From positions 455,608 through 519,607 of the forward strand of contig NZ_JAERVO010000003.1 in NCBI RefSeq assembly GCF_016798325.1: a stretch of DNA of 64,000 nt. Reading direction: 5' to 3'. Source of the stretch: Marinobacter mangrovi. GTDB lineage: Bacteria; Pseudomonadota; Gammaproteobacteria; Pseudomonadales; Oleiphilaceae. This document shows, in pieces, positions 54,843-64,000 of the stretch (position 1 is the stretch's first letter; every line of letters starts with the position of its first letter). The notes beneath the pieces are model-generated. The model was given only the letters and a program-made list of their open reading frames with translations. It did not search any database and was not told where the DNA came from. Position numbers and translations under genes: made by a program.

Positions 54843-56897
54843 TCAGCTCTGGGGTGGATGGGGCCGGTGACGCGGCAGGAGCAGGTCGAACACCACACCG
54901 TCGGGATCGCTGACGTTGCGGGCGCTGATGTGCCCGCCGTGGTAGTCGGTAATCAGCCGCACGATCTGCAGCCCCTGGCCCAGGTGGCCATCCTGTTGGC
55001 CTTCGCGCAGGGAGACAAACGGGCTGAAGATTTCGCTGGTCAGGTGAGCGGGCAGCGGCGCTCCCGCATTGAACACCTGCAGGTGCCAGACCGCGTCCCG
55101 ATCCTCCAGCCGCACTTCGATCAGGCCGCCGGTCGGGGTGAAATCCCGGGCATTGTCCACCAGCTTGTCCAGCAACTGGACCAGCAGTTCCGGTGAGCCC
55201 TCAAACGGACAGCCCGATGTCGGTCCCTCGTAACGAATCGTGTGGTCCGGATCCAGGCTCTGGTAGGCCGCGGTGGCCTGGGCGGCCACGTCGGCCAGGT
55301 CGAAGGATTCCCGCTCGGCCTGCTCGAAACTCTTTTCCAGCCGCGCGGCCTCGCTCATGCCCTGCAGGATCTGGCTGAGGCGGTCGGTGGCCTGGTTAGC
55401 CCGGTCGATGTAGGGCGAGTTGGCCACCTCCGGGTTATCGTGGCGCAGGTTTTCCAGCGACGAGCGCACCACCGCCACCGGTGTTTTCAGCTCGTGGGAC
55501 AGGCGACGGGCAAAACTCTCGAGATAGTCCGTATAGCCGTGCAGGTTGTCGATCAGCCGGCTGAACTGGCGGGACAGTTCTCCCAGTTCATCGCCGGCAC
55601 GGCTCTCCGGAATCCGCTTGAGCAGGCGTCCATCGGCGTCCACCGTCGCCGCCACGCTGCGTTGCAGCCGCGTGATCCGCCAGGACAGCCAACTGGCGTA
55701 GCCAAGCAGCGTCAGCACCAGCAGACCCACGAACAGCACGCTGCGGACGATCACCCGGCCCAGCGTATCGCCGGACAGGGCCAGGATGTCCTTCAGCGAT
55801 TGTTCGAGCACCAGCGTGACCGGCGCGCCGGACGGTGTCGTCAGGGTGCGTCGATACACCAGTGCAGACTCTTCGTCACCGTGACGCACCAGTCCCTGCT
55901 CGGGGATGGTGGGCACCGCGTAACGTGGCGACGCCTCCGGAAGCGGTGCCGGATCGGGTTGGAAGCGACGCAGCAGGGCGCGCAGGCCATTGAGGGCGAT
56001 CTGTTCGACGATCTGCCCCGGCCCCAGGCTGTCGAAATCCGTAGTGTCTTCCTGCAGCGGTCCGTGGCTGTCCACCAGGACCCAGCCCTTGTCGTGCAGC
56101 AAGAGCACCCGCTGGCCCGAGCCCAGCAATGGCTGGATCTCGCCGCCCAGAACGGTCAGCGGATACAGCAGGTGGGGCAGGTGGTGGCCGGCGTCGTAAC
56201 CCATATGCCCAAGGAGGCGGTAGCCGCCGCTCAGGCTCGGGTCCGGGTGCCAGACTTCGAAGCCGATTTCGCTGTTCAGGGCGGGGCGGGGCATTCGCAG
56301 CTCCACCTGATAACCCTGCGCCGTGGCCTGCCAGACGCCGGTGACCCGGTAGTCGCCGGGGCCGCCACCGGGTGCGGCGCCCACCACCGGGCCGGGCGCC
56401 GGCGTGCGGATTTCCCGGGTGATGGCGTGGCCGTTGTCGTTGAGGTAGAGGCGCAGGTGAGCGTGTGGCGCCTCGGGATCACCCGGATCGAAATAGCGGC
56501 CCGGCGCCTGGCGTACGCGGATCAGCAGATACAGGGACTGGCCGTCCACGGCCGCGCGCCACTGCACCGGATCGTCTGCCGAGATCGGGCTGGCGTAGGC
56601 GGAATCCGTGTCCTCGTCCCAACTGGGCCAGTCGTCGCCGTAACCGTCGATGAACAGGTGCCGGGTCAACGGTTGGGCGTACAGCAGCCGTTGGTCCGGG
56701 GCGGGCAGGACGTTGAGGCTGGCGCGGTCGTTCTCGATCAGGTGCTGCAGCCGGGCGGACTGCCGGGCCAGCTGCTCGGTGGCCTGGGCACGCAGCGCCG
56801 AGTCGAGCTCCAGCACGAACTGCAGGCCCGCCCAGGGAATCAGCAACACCAGCAGGCAGGCGATCAGCAGCTGGCGTTTGAGGGTCAGGCGGACCAT
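54843..56897 (-). CDS. Sensor histidine kinase with large periplasmic domain
   Basis: TM1, periplasmic region, TM2, H-box 'SHELKTPVAVV', HATPase region with 'DNARDF', 'GHLGQGLQIV'. Confidence 0.8.
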   Translation of the reverse strand: MVRLTLKRQLLIACLLVLLIPWAGLQFVLELDSALRAQATEQLARQSARLQHLIENDRASLNVLPAPDQRLLYAQPLTRHLFIDGYGDDWPSWDEDTDSAYASPISADDPVQWRAAVDGQSLYLLIRVRQAPGRYFDPGDPEAPHAHLRLYLNDNGHAITREIRTPAPGPVVGAAPGGGPGDYRVTGVWQATAQGYQVELRMPRPALNSEIGFEVWHPDPSLSGGYRLLGHMGYDAGHHLPHLLYPLTVLGGEIQPLLGSGQRVLLLHDKGWVLVDSHGPLQEDTTDFDSLGPGQIVEQIALNGLRALLRRFQPDPAPLPEASPRYAVPTIPEQGLVRHGDEESALVYRRTLTTPSGAPVTLVLEQSLKDILALSGDTLGRVIVRSVLFVGLLVLTLLGYASWLSWRITRLQRSVAATVDADGRLLKRIPESRAGDELGELSRQFSRLIDNLHGYTDYLESFARRLSHELKTPVAVVRSSLENLRHDNPEVANSPYIDRANQATDRLSQILQGMSEAARLEKSFEQAERESFDLADVAAQATAAYQSLDPDHTIRYEGPTSGCPFEGSPELLVQLLDKLVDNARDFTPTGGLIEVRLEDRDAVWHLQVFNAGAPLPAHLTSEIFSPFVSLREGQQDGHLGQGLQIVRLITDYHGGHISARNVSDPDGVVFDLLLPRHRPHPPQS

Positions 56898-56903
56898 GCA
56901 GAC

Positions 56904-57605
56904 TCAGGATTCATGGGCGTTCCAGCGGTAGCCGAAGCCGTAGGCCGTCTGCACGGCGTCGAACGCCGGATCGGTCTGCTGGAATTTGCGCCGGATGCGT
57001 TTGATGTGGGAGGTCACCGTGTTGTCGTCGAGGACGGTGTTGGCCGCCTCCATCAGTTGGGTGCGGCTGCGAACGTGGCCCGGGTGCTGGACCAGCGAGT
57101 GCAGCATCCAGAATTCGGTGACGGTCAGCTCCACGGCCTGGCCGTCCCATTCCGCGGTCATGCGATCGACATTCAGCGCCAGGCGGCCCCGTTGCAGTTT
57201 CTCATCGGCCTGCTGGCTGCTCTGGGACCAGGCGTCCGCCCGACGCAGCAAGGCGGCGATACGGGCGAACAGATGGTCCAGGCTCATGTCCTTGGTGACG
57301 TAGTCGTCCGCGCCCAGGCGCAGGCCGGCAACCGAGTCCGCGTCGCTGTCGCGGGCGGTCAGGAAAATGATGGGCAGCAGCGCCGAACGCTGGCGCAGGG
57401 CCTGGCAGAGGTCGAAACCGCCCTCGATTTCTTCACCCAGGCCCACGTCGATGATGGCCAGGTCGGGCAGCGGGCCTTTCAGACCCTCCAGGGCTTCCGG
57501 GCGGCCGGCGTAGACCGTCACCTCGTACCCCCGTCGTTGCAGGGCGTCCCGGTAATTTTCCCGGATCGCGGGTTCGTCCTCGACTAGCACGATATGGCGT
57601 TTCAT
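56904..57605 (-). CDS. OmpR-family response regulator
   Basis: Receiver 'IVLVEDEP...DLAIIDVGL' plus winged-helix C-terminus 'YGFGYRW'. Confidence 0.85.
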   Translation of the reverse strand: MKRHIVLVEDEPAIRENYRDALQRRGYEVTVYAGRPEALEGLKGPLPDLAIIDVGLGEEIEGGFDLCQALRQRSALLPIIFLTARDSDADSVAGLRLGADDYVTKDMSLDHLFARIAALLRRADAWSQSSQQADEKLQRGRLALNVDRMTAEWDGQAVELTVTEFWMLHSLVQHPGHVRSRTQLMEAANTVLDDNTVTSHIKRIRRKFQQTDPAFDAVQTAYGFGYRWNAHES

Positions 57606-57792
57606 ACATCCGGCTCACAGCTTCCCTAAAGACTGACGGCTATTTAAACATGCCGGGGGCCCCTCGCAAGCATTGACGGTCCATTTGCCACAATTGATCA
57701 CGATTGACCCGCAATCCCGACAGGTTCTCCCACGGCTTTGCCTTTCCCGGACGGTGTAATAGCCAAAAATCGAATGGCAAAGAGGACATGCT

Positions 57793-59904
57793 GTGCAAAA
57801 CCTGACCCTGTCTCGGCCCTGTGGCCTGCGCTCGAAAACGACCTCCCGGCCCCGTTTATTGCGGGTGATGGAAGGCATCAGTCTGTGGCTGGCGGTGGCG
57901 TTGTTTTTCGTCCTGCAATCGGCGGCTGCGCGGGCGAGTGAGTCGCCCGGTACCGGCGAACTGCGCCTGATGACGCCGTCAGGGCAAATCGAAACGGCGC
58001 TGGCGCTGAACACCGATTACCGCGTCAACGTCAGCGCATTACTGGCCGATACCCGCCTCAAACAGACCTTCCGCAACACCAGCGACGACTGGCGCGAGGG
58101 TACCTATGTCTTCCCCCTGCCGGAGAAGGCCAGCGTGTACGCCATGCGCCTGCATATCGGTGAGCGGGTCATCGTGGGCGAGATCAAGACCCGGGAGGAC
58201 GCCCGCAAGACCTACGAAAAGGCCAAGTCCGAAGGCAAGCAGGCCGCCCAGGTGGAACAGCAACGGCCCAACCTGTTCACCACGCGCGTGGCCAATATCC
58301 CGCCGGGCGAAACGGTCACCGTGGAACTGCGCTACCAGCAGCGGGTGACCTACCGGGATGGCGAATTCAGCCTGCGCCTGCCCACCACCCTGACGCCCCG
58401 TTACATGCCGGGCGAACCGCTGGTGGATGATCCCAAACCGGTCGCCTGGCAACAGGGCTGGGCGGTGCCCACCACCGAGGTGCCGGATGCCGACGCCATC
58501 AGTCCCTACACCGTCACTCCCGGCGATGTGCCGGCGGGGAGTCATCGGGCCCAGGTGCACCTGACCCTGAACGCCGGCCTGCCGATCGAGCAGGTGGTCA
58601 GCCCCAGTCACGCGCTGGATTCGGTCTGGCGCGGCCAGCAGGTGGAGGTGAGCCCCAAGGGCGACGGCGTCACCATGGACCGGGACGTGGTGGTGCGTTG
58701 GCGCCCGAAGCGGGAGCAGACGCCTTCCGCGGCCGTCTTCCACGAACAGTACGACGGCGAAGACTATCTGTTGGCGATGGTCGTCCCCGGCCTGAACGGC
58801 GGACAGTCGTTATCGCGGGAGCTGATCTTTGTGGTGGACACTTCCGGCTCCATGGCGGGTGAATCCATCCGCCAGGCGCGTGAGGCCCTGCTGGCCGGGC
58901 TGGAAACACTGAAACCCGGGGACCGCTTCAACATCATCCAGTTCAACAGCACCACGTCGGCCCTGTTCGGCAGCGCTCGCGATGTGAGTGCTGACTCACT
59001 GCGGGCGGCGCGTCAGTATGCGGCCAACCTGTCGGCCAACGGCGGAACGGAAATGTCACCGGCCCTGGACCGGGCCTTGCGCCAGCAGGGGCCCGCCAGT
59101 GAAAAACCGTCCACCCAGGTACGTCAGGTGCTGTTCATGACCGACGGTGCCGTCGGTAACGAGCAGGCGCTGTTCCAGCAGATTCACGACCAGTTGGGCG
59201 GCACTCGACTGTTCACCGTGGGCATCGGTTCGGCCCCCAATATGCACTTTATGCGCGAGGCGGCCCGCTTCGGCCGGGGGACGTTCACCGCGGTGGGCAG
59301 TGGCGCTGAAATCGGCAGCCAGTTGGGGAGCCTGCTGGATCGCATGGCCGCTCCGGTGCTGGGCCATCTCTCGGCGAGCTGGCCGGACCAGCCGACGGCG
59401 TTTCCCGAACGTCCCGGCGATCTGTTCCAGGGGGAGCCCTTGGTACTGGTGGCCCGTGGTCAGGCGCCGGCCGGTGAACTCAGGCTGAGCGGCGAGTTGC
59501 CGGACGGCACGCCCTGGCAACGCGCCCTGAATCTGGACGCTGCGGCACCCGGCCAGGGCCTGCATCGCTACTGGGCGCGTCAGCAGATCGACCAGATCAG
59601 TGACCAGCGCATCTACGGAGCCTCCGAAGCGGATATCCGTGCCGAAGTCACGCCGCTGGCGCTCGCCCACGGTCTGGTGACGCCCTATACCAGTTTCGTG
59701 GCCGTGGATCAGACACCGGTCCGGACCCGGGAAGACAAGCTCAAAGCGGAGTCGGTTCCGACCCTGCTGCCGGCGGGCAGCACTCCGGGCATGCTGCGCT
59801 ACCCGCAAACCGCCACGCCCTCGTCGCTGCTGATCCTGATCGGCCTGGCGGGCCTGATGCCGGCGTTTGGCGTGTTCCTGGCCCGGCGGAGGGTCTTCGG
59901 ATGA
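57793..59904 (+). CDS. VIT + von Willebrand A domain protein with C-terminal sortase-sorting signal (marine proteobacterial sortase target type)
   Basis: MIDAS 'VVDTSGSM'; C-terminal 'LPAGSTPG...' then hydrophobic helix then 'RRRVFG'; sortase gene overlaps the 3' end. Confidence 0.7.
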   Translation: MQNLTLSRPCGLRSKTTSRPRLLRVMEGISLWLAVALFFVLQSAAARASESPGTGELRLMTPSGQIETALALNTDYRVNVSALLADTRLKQTFRNTSDDWREGTYVFPLPEKASVYAMRLHIGERVIVGEIKTREDARKTYEKAKSEGKQAAQVEQQRPNLFTTRVANIPPGETVTVELRYQQRVTYRDGEFSLRLPTTLTPRYMPGEPLVDDPKPVAWQQGWAVPTTEVPDADAISPYTVTPGDVPAGSHRAQVHLTLNAGLPIEQVVSPSHALDSVWRGQQVEVSPKGDGVTMDRDVVVRWRPKREQTPSAAVFHEQYDGEDYLLAMVVPGLNGGQSLSRELIFVVDTSGSMAGESIRQAREALLAGLETLKPGDRFNIIQFNSTTSALFGSARDVSADSLRAARQYAANLSANGGTEMSPALDRALRQQGPASEKPSTQVRQVLFMTDGAVGNEQALFQQIHDQLGGTRLFTVGIGSAPNMHFMREAARFGRGTFTAVGSGAEIGSQLGSLLDRMAAPVLGHLSASWPDQPTAFPERPGDLFQGEPLVLVARGQAPAGELRLSGELPDGTPWQRALNLDAAAPGQGLHRYWARQQIDQISDQRIYGASEADIRAEVTPLALAHGLVTPYTSFVAVDQTPVRTREDKLKAESVPTLLPAGSTPGMLRYPQTATPSSLLILIGLAGLMPAFGVFLARRRVFG

Positions 59905-60560
59905 TGCGCGCGCTGATGACGCTGACCGTCGCCGCCGCCATCACCCTGGTGGCCGGCCTTTGGATTCCCCTGAAAGCGCAGCTGGCCCAGGAGCTGCTCA
60001 ACATGGCCTGGGCCCAGAGCCAGGCCGAACAGGCCCGCAACCGTCCCTGGCCCTGGGCGGATACCTGGCCCGTGGGACGGCTGCGGTTGCCGGATGGGAA
60101 CGACCCCATGGTGGTGCTGGCGGGCACCAGCGGCGAAAGCCTGGCCTTCGGGCCGGGCCACGTCACCGCTTCGGCGCTGCCAGGCCATGCCGGCACTGTG
60201 ATTCTGGCCGGCCACCGCGATACCCATTTCAGTGTGCTGCAGGAAATCCGGGTGGGAGATCGGTTGGCGCTGCAGGGCCTCGACGGCGATTGGCATCGCT
60301 ATCAGGTGGTGAACGAACGGGTGGTGGATTCCCGGCAGTCACGCCTGGATTACCGGCCGGACGGCACCAATCGGCTGATCCTGGTGACTTGCTACCCATT
60401 CGACGCACTCGATCCCCACGGACCGCTGCGTTATGTCATTGAAGCTGAGGATCTGGAGGGGTTGAAAACAGACAGCCAGATCGCCGTCAGGCCGGCCCAA
60501 AAGCAGGCAACGAACCCGCCCGGAAGTGATCTATTGACCTCTGCCAACGTAGGACTTTGA
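59901..60560 (+). CDS. Class GN (marine proteobacterial type) sortase
   Basis: N-terminal TM, 'LAGHRDTHF' (His), 'LVTCYPF' (catalytic Cys). Confidence 0.8.
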   Translation: MMRALMTLTVAAAITLVAGLWIPLKAQLAQELLNMAWAQSQAEQARNRPWPWADTWPVGRLRLPDGNDPMVVLAGTSGESLAFGPGHVTASALPGHAGTVILAGHRDTHFSVLQEIRVGDRLALQGLDGDWHRYQVVNERVVDSRQSRLDYRPDGTNRLILVTCYPFDALDPHGPLRYVIEAEDLEGLKTDSQIAVRPAQKQATNPPGSDLLTSANVGL

Positions 60561-60622
60561 CATTGTTTGACAAAAGTCAGATTCCGGCGCACATTTGATG
60601 CACACTAATCGGAGACAGTGTC

Positions 60623-60913
60623 ATGTTCCTGCAGAAACGGCAAGGAGAGCACGGGCCATTGCCGCCCCGGTCAAGCCGCTATTTCGCGGCAGGGCGGCGT
60701 TGGTATTTCACGACGCGGGAAAAAACCACGCTGGGGCCTTTCGAGTCTTTCGAACAGGCGGAGCAATCGGTGAAGGCCTACATCGAGGATGTGGACGCCC
60801 ATCGCCGGGGGGCTTCCGTGGATTACAGCTACGGCGTCGTGCTGCACGACTATGAAACCTGCACCGCCGCCCATTGTCAGCAGTGCCGGGAAATGGCCCG
60901 ACTCCTGTCCTGA
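60623..60913 (+). CDS. Hypothetical small protein
   Basis: 96-aa ORF; no family recognised. Confidence 0.3.
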   Translation: MFLQKRQGEHGPLPPRSSRYFAAGRRWYFTTREKTTLGPFESFEQAEQSVKAYIEDVDAHRRGASVDYSYGVVLHDYETCTAAHCQQCREMARLLS

Positions 60914-61006
60914 CGGGCTACTGGCCTGTTTATCACGGTTCCAATAAACGACCCGGATCGATATCCTATGCGGTCCGGCGCACAGGTGTGCGCCGTTTGG
61001 TGAGCT

Positions 61007-61738
61007 GTGGAGTCTGTCCCGATGCGTTTTTTACGAGCACTGCTGGCGTGGCTGTCGGTGCCTGTCCTCTGCCTGCTGGGCCTGTTTCTTTGCCTGGCGC
61101 GGCCTTTCAATCCCGATAACACCCGTATCCTGGGCTGGGCGATCGCCCACACCGGCCGCTGTCTGCTGGGGCTGGAGCGCCCTCTGGATGGTTACGACAA
61201 CATGCCCCTGAACCGGCCGACCGTGATCATTGCCAACCACCAGCACAACGACGACCTGTTCCTGATGGGCGATCTGCTGCCGCCGCGCACCGTGGCGATC
61301 GGTAAGGCGTCCCTGCGCTGGATTCCCTTCTTCGGGCAGGTGTTCTGGCTGGGCGGCAATGTCCTGATCGACCGCAAGCGCTCCAGCCGCGCTGTCGCCG
61401 TGATCCAGACCACGGCGGAGGCGATGACCCGGGAACGCAAGAGCCTGTGGATCTTTCCCGAAGGCACACGCAGCCACGGTGAAAACCTGCAGCCGTTCAA
61501 GAAAGGGGCCTTCTACGCGGCCATCGCCGCCAATACGCCCATCACCATGGTCTGTGCCGAGGCTTACCGCTCGGAAGCCCGGGGACGGCTCGGCCGACGC
61601 CGCCCGGTGCGGTTACGGGTGCTGCCGCCCGTCGAAACCCGCGACCTGTCCTCCGACGATGTTCCCGAGCTGATGGCCCGTTGCCATCGAGAGATGAGCC
61701 AGGCCATCCACGAGATGGGAACCGGGGAATGGGCGTGA
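61007..61738 (+). CDS. plsC: Lysophospholipid (1-acyl-sn-glycerol-3-phosphate) acyltransferase family
   Basis: HX4D 'NHQHNDD' and 'FPEGTRS' motifs. Confidence 0.75.
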   Translation: MESVPMRFLRALLAWLSVPVLCLLGLFLCLARPFNPDNTRILGWAIAHTGRCLLGLERPLDGYDNMPLNRPTVIIANHQHNDDLFLMGDLLPPRTVAIGKASLRWIPFFGQVFWLGGNVLIDRKRSSRAVAVIQTTAEAMTRERKSLWIFPEGTRSHGENLQPFKKGAFYAAIAANTPITMVCAEAYRSEARGRLGRRRPVRLRVLPPVETRDLSSDDVPELMARCHREMSQAIHEMGTGEWA

Positions 61739-61871
61739 GGTCTTTACCTTCGTCGTGACTGCTTGACTTCGCAGCGCTTTTCCTTCGGTATGTGGGGGAT
61801 TGTCGCATGGGGCGGCAAGGTGCAGCCGGGCCACGGTGTCCGGCTTCAGAGTGGCGAAAGGGAGTGATGCG

Positions 61872-62114
61872 ATGAATCTGATTCTGTTTCTGATCATTGG
61901 CGGCGTCGCCGGATGGCTGGCCGGTTTGATCATGAAAGGGCGTGGTTTTGGCGTACTCGCCAATATCGGCATTGGTATTGTCGGCTCGTTGATCGGTGGC
62001 TTCCTGTTCAGTCTGTTGGGGCTGTCTTCCCACGGCACCATCGGCTCGCTGGTGACCGCAACCGTGGGTGCCATCGTATTGTTATGGATCGTGAGCGCCA
62101 TCAAGAAGGCGTGA
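61872..62114 (+). CDS. GlsB/YeaQ/YmgE-family small membrane protein
   Basis: 'LIIGGVAGWLAGLIMKG...GIVGSLIGGF'. Start about 61872 ('MNLILF'); the track ORF begins at 61800. Confidence 0.65.
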   Translation: MNLILFLIIGGVAGWLAGLIMKGRGFGVLANIGIGIVGSLIGGFLFSLLGLSSHGTIGSLVTATVGAIVLLWIVSAIKKA

Positions 62115-62181
62115 ACGCCGCCATGGAGCCTCCGGGAATGTCCCGGGGCTCCCTCACTGCCGTTGTGGAGATTCCTGGAGA

Positions 62182-62583
62182 ATGATCGTACCGGTTACCG
62201 CCGTCTTTGCCGCCATCACGGCCATCCTGATGCTGTTCCTCGCCCTGCGGGTGTCGCTGTTCCGTCGCAAGCTCAATGTGGGTATGGGCGATGGTGGTCA
62301 GAAGGATATCCAGGTGGCGATCCGTGCCCACGCCAATCTGGTGGAATACGCCCCGATCACACTGATCCTGATGGGGTTGGGCGAGCTGAACGGGGTCTAC
62401 GTGATTTACGTTTACGCCATCGGCATGCTGTTTATCGTAGGGCGCTTGCTGCACGCCTGGGGCTTTATCCGCAGTCGCGGTGGCTATGCGCTGAGCCGCA
62501 TGTTCGGCACGCTGTTCACCTGGCTGTCGATCCTGGTCATGGCGGCACTGACGCTGCTTAACGTGGTCCAGGTTTCCCTCTAA
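62182..62583 (+). CDS. MAPEG-family membrane protein (YecN-like)
   Basis: 133 aa, 3-4 TM helices, 'RAHANLVEYAPI' motif. Confidence 0.6.
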   Translation: MIVPVTAVFAAITAILMLFLALRVSLFRRKLNVGMGDGGQKDIQVAIRAHANLVEYAPITLILMGLGELNGVYVIYVYAIGMLFIVGRLLHAWGFIRSRGGYALSRMFGTLFTWLSILVMAALTLLNVVQVSL

Positions 62584-62593
62584 CCCGGTATCC

Positions 62594-63004
62594 TCAGAGC
62601 CGTTTGCGGCGGAGGGTGTAGTTCAGCTTCGACTGGATGCGCTCGCCGTCGCGGTTCAGCATTTCCAGATCCCCTTCCGGAAGCCGCCGGTACATCCGGA
62701 CGACCTTGCCATTGTCACCCTGCAGGCTGATGCGCCCCAGATCCATCGGATCGGTGGGCGTCAGGACCTGCCACTGACCTTCCCGTTCCGTGACATCGCC
62801 GTTGCGCTCCTGATAGGTCTCGGTCAGTTTGTAGGTGTCCGGTTCCCGGTAGAGGGTCAGGCGGGTCTCGATCCCCGGGCAATCCGCGCAGGGCAGGGTG
62901 CCTTCCCAGACGCCGTACGGTGAGCGTTCCGTTTCCGGTGTCTGACTGGCACACCCGGTCAGCAGAACCGCGGTCATCAGGGCACTGAGCGTCATTGGGC
63001 GCAT
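62594..63004 (-). CDS. NlpE-N-domain (copper-resistance/CutF-like) lipoprotein
   Basis: Lipobox 'LLTGC'; 'CADCPGIETRLTL' motif. Confidence 0.55.
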   Translation of the reverse strand: MRPMTLSALMTAVLLTGCASQTPETERSPYGVWEGTLPCADCPGIETRLTLYREPDTYKLTETYQERNGDVTEREGQWQVLTPTDPMDLGRISLQGDNGKVVRMYRRLPEGDLEMLNRDGERIQSKLNYTLRRKRL

Positions 63005-63126
63005 GGGTCGCCTCCTTGGCAAGGGGTAGCGGGTCAGGAAAGGGGAAAGAATCGCAGGTTCGCTGGGCGGGTTCAATCCGGCGTATCAGGCGACACGCCG
63101 GATTGAGAGGAGGCAGGGAGAATCGA

Positions 63127-63852
63127 TTACTGGGCCTTCGCCATCTGCTCACTGTGGTAGTCCAGATCCAGGCGGCGGTTGGCGGCGCTGTCTTCCGGGT
63201 TGGTCAGCGGCTTGTGACTGCCCCAGCCGACCACCTCGATGCGGCTCTCGTCGATGCCTTCGCTCTTGAGGATCTTGGCCGCGCTGTTGGCCCGCAGGCG
63301 GGACAGGAAGGCGTTGTACTCTTCCGGACCGTGGCTGTCGGTATGGCCGTTGATGCTGACGGTCACTTCCGGGTGGGCCTTCATGTAGGCGGCGTGCTTG
63401 CGCAGGATGGCCTGGTCTTCCTCCGACAGACGATGCTTGTCGAAGCCGAAGTAGAACTTCATCTGGTGCGGCTTGCGGGGGCTGTCATCCATCGCATTCA
63501 CCTGTGCGTTGCTGGCTTGTACCTGGGCCGCATGGGCCATCAGTTCCGGGTTGTCCAGGACGAGAACGGTCATATCTTTTTCCTCAGGTGCATCGGCGAT
63601 GCGATCATCCGTTTTGGGCTCACTATTGTCGGCTGCTGCCTGTGTCGCAATTGGCCGTTGGTCGATGTGTTGCCGGGTGTCGGCGACGGCCGGCTGGGCC
63701 GAAGTCGCCGTGGTCGCCTCGTTTTCCGGTCCGCCGCTGGAGGCGCAGCCGCTGATAACGCCCAGCAGCAGGGCGCCTGCGGCGAACCGCCATCGGCCCG
63801 CCTCAGATTGAATGCGGACTGTGTGAAAGGGGTGTGACAAACGCTGTGGCAT
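63127..63852 (-). CDS. OmpA-family peptidoglycan-binding lipoprotein
   Basis: C-terminal OmpA domain 'VSINGHTDSHGPEEYNAFLSRLRANSAAKIL'. Lipobox 'ISGCAS' after ATG 63852; the track ORF extends to 63933. Confidence 0.7.
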   Translation of the reverse strand: MPQRLSHPFHTVRIQSEAGRWRFAAGALLLGVISGCASSGGPENEATTATSAQPAVADTRQHIDQRPIATQAAADNSEPKTDDRIADAPEEKDMTVLVLDNPELMAHAAQVQASNAQVNAMDDSPRKPHQMKFYFGFDKHRLSEEDQAILRKHAAYMKAHPEVTVSINGHTDSHGPEEYNAFLSRLRANSAAKILKSEGIDESRIEVVGWGSHKPLTNPEDSAANRRLDLDYHSEQMAKAQ

Positions 63853-64000
63853 GGAAAAACTCCTGATCGTCGGTTGGGGGCGCCGGCCCCGTCTCTGTCT
63901 CTCAGGATCTATTTCAGCGCGATAATCTGGCACCGCTGTGGTAAAAAGCAGACCGGATCGGATGAAATGTGATGAAATCGGGCAGGACCTGCGACGGCTG

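Overview
High-GC, gammaproteobacterial-like chromosome segment (marine-type GN sortase system, PEP-CTERM protein; organism not determinable from sequence alone). About 70 features called; no rRNA, tRNA or CRISPR seen.

The main system is a type VI secretion (T6SS) auxiliary island at the left end (1-19 kb). It runs vgrG (5' end off-window), then a DUF4123 adaptor, then a 1354-aa VasX-like cargo effector with a MIX-like motif and a C-terminal glycine-zipper transmembrane cluster, then an overlapping membrane immunity gene. Behind this module lie eroded, displaced effector/immunity cassettes. Short 3' remnants of earlier effector genes (three different tail types) each sit directly upstream of a paralogous candidate immunity gene. 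There are at least eight members of one two-TM candidate immunity superfamily (A1/A2/A3) and a tandem 4-copy array of a second family (B). Four copies or fragments of a periplasmic ATP-dependent DNA ligase (LigE-like, with signal peptide), each behind the same about 40-nt leader, are interleaved with these cassettes. A 5'-truncated IS21 element (IstA fragment, frameshifted IstB), an in-frame amber codon in one immunity paralog and several mosaic recombination-scar ORFs show ongoing erosion. A second orphan-cassette block (42.0-45.5 kb: A2 immunity, effector-tail remnant plus A1 immunity, ligase) lies 23 kb away in direct orientation.

The intervening and right-hand regions look chromosomal. 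They carry the yjf/ygi-type cluster (DUF1190, glutathionylspermidine-synthase-like YgiC, PspA-like YjfJ, YjfI), NfeD/YqiJ and flotillin/YqiK, and a 1745-aa protein with a C-terminal MoxR-like AAA+ domain. They also carry a 1280-aa signal-peptide ankyrin-repeat protein next to a DUF1311/LprI gene, a low-GC islet of small membrane proteins, and endonuclease V. Further right are a beta-helix protein, an MFS transporter, a PLP dehydratase, a PEP-CTERM protein, a histidine kinase/response regulator pair with a VIT-vWA sortase target and GN sortase, PlsC, MAPEG, NlpE-N and OmpA genes.
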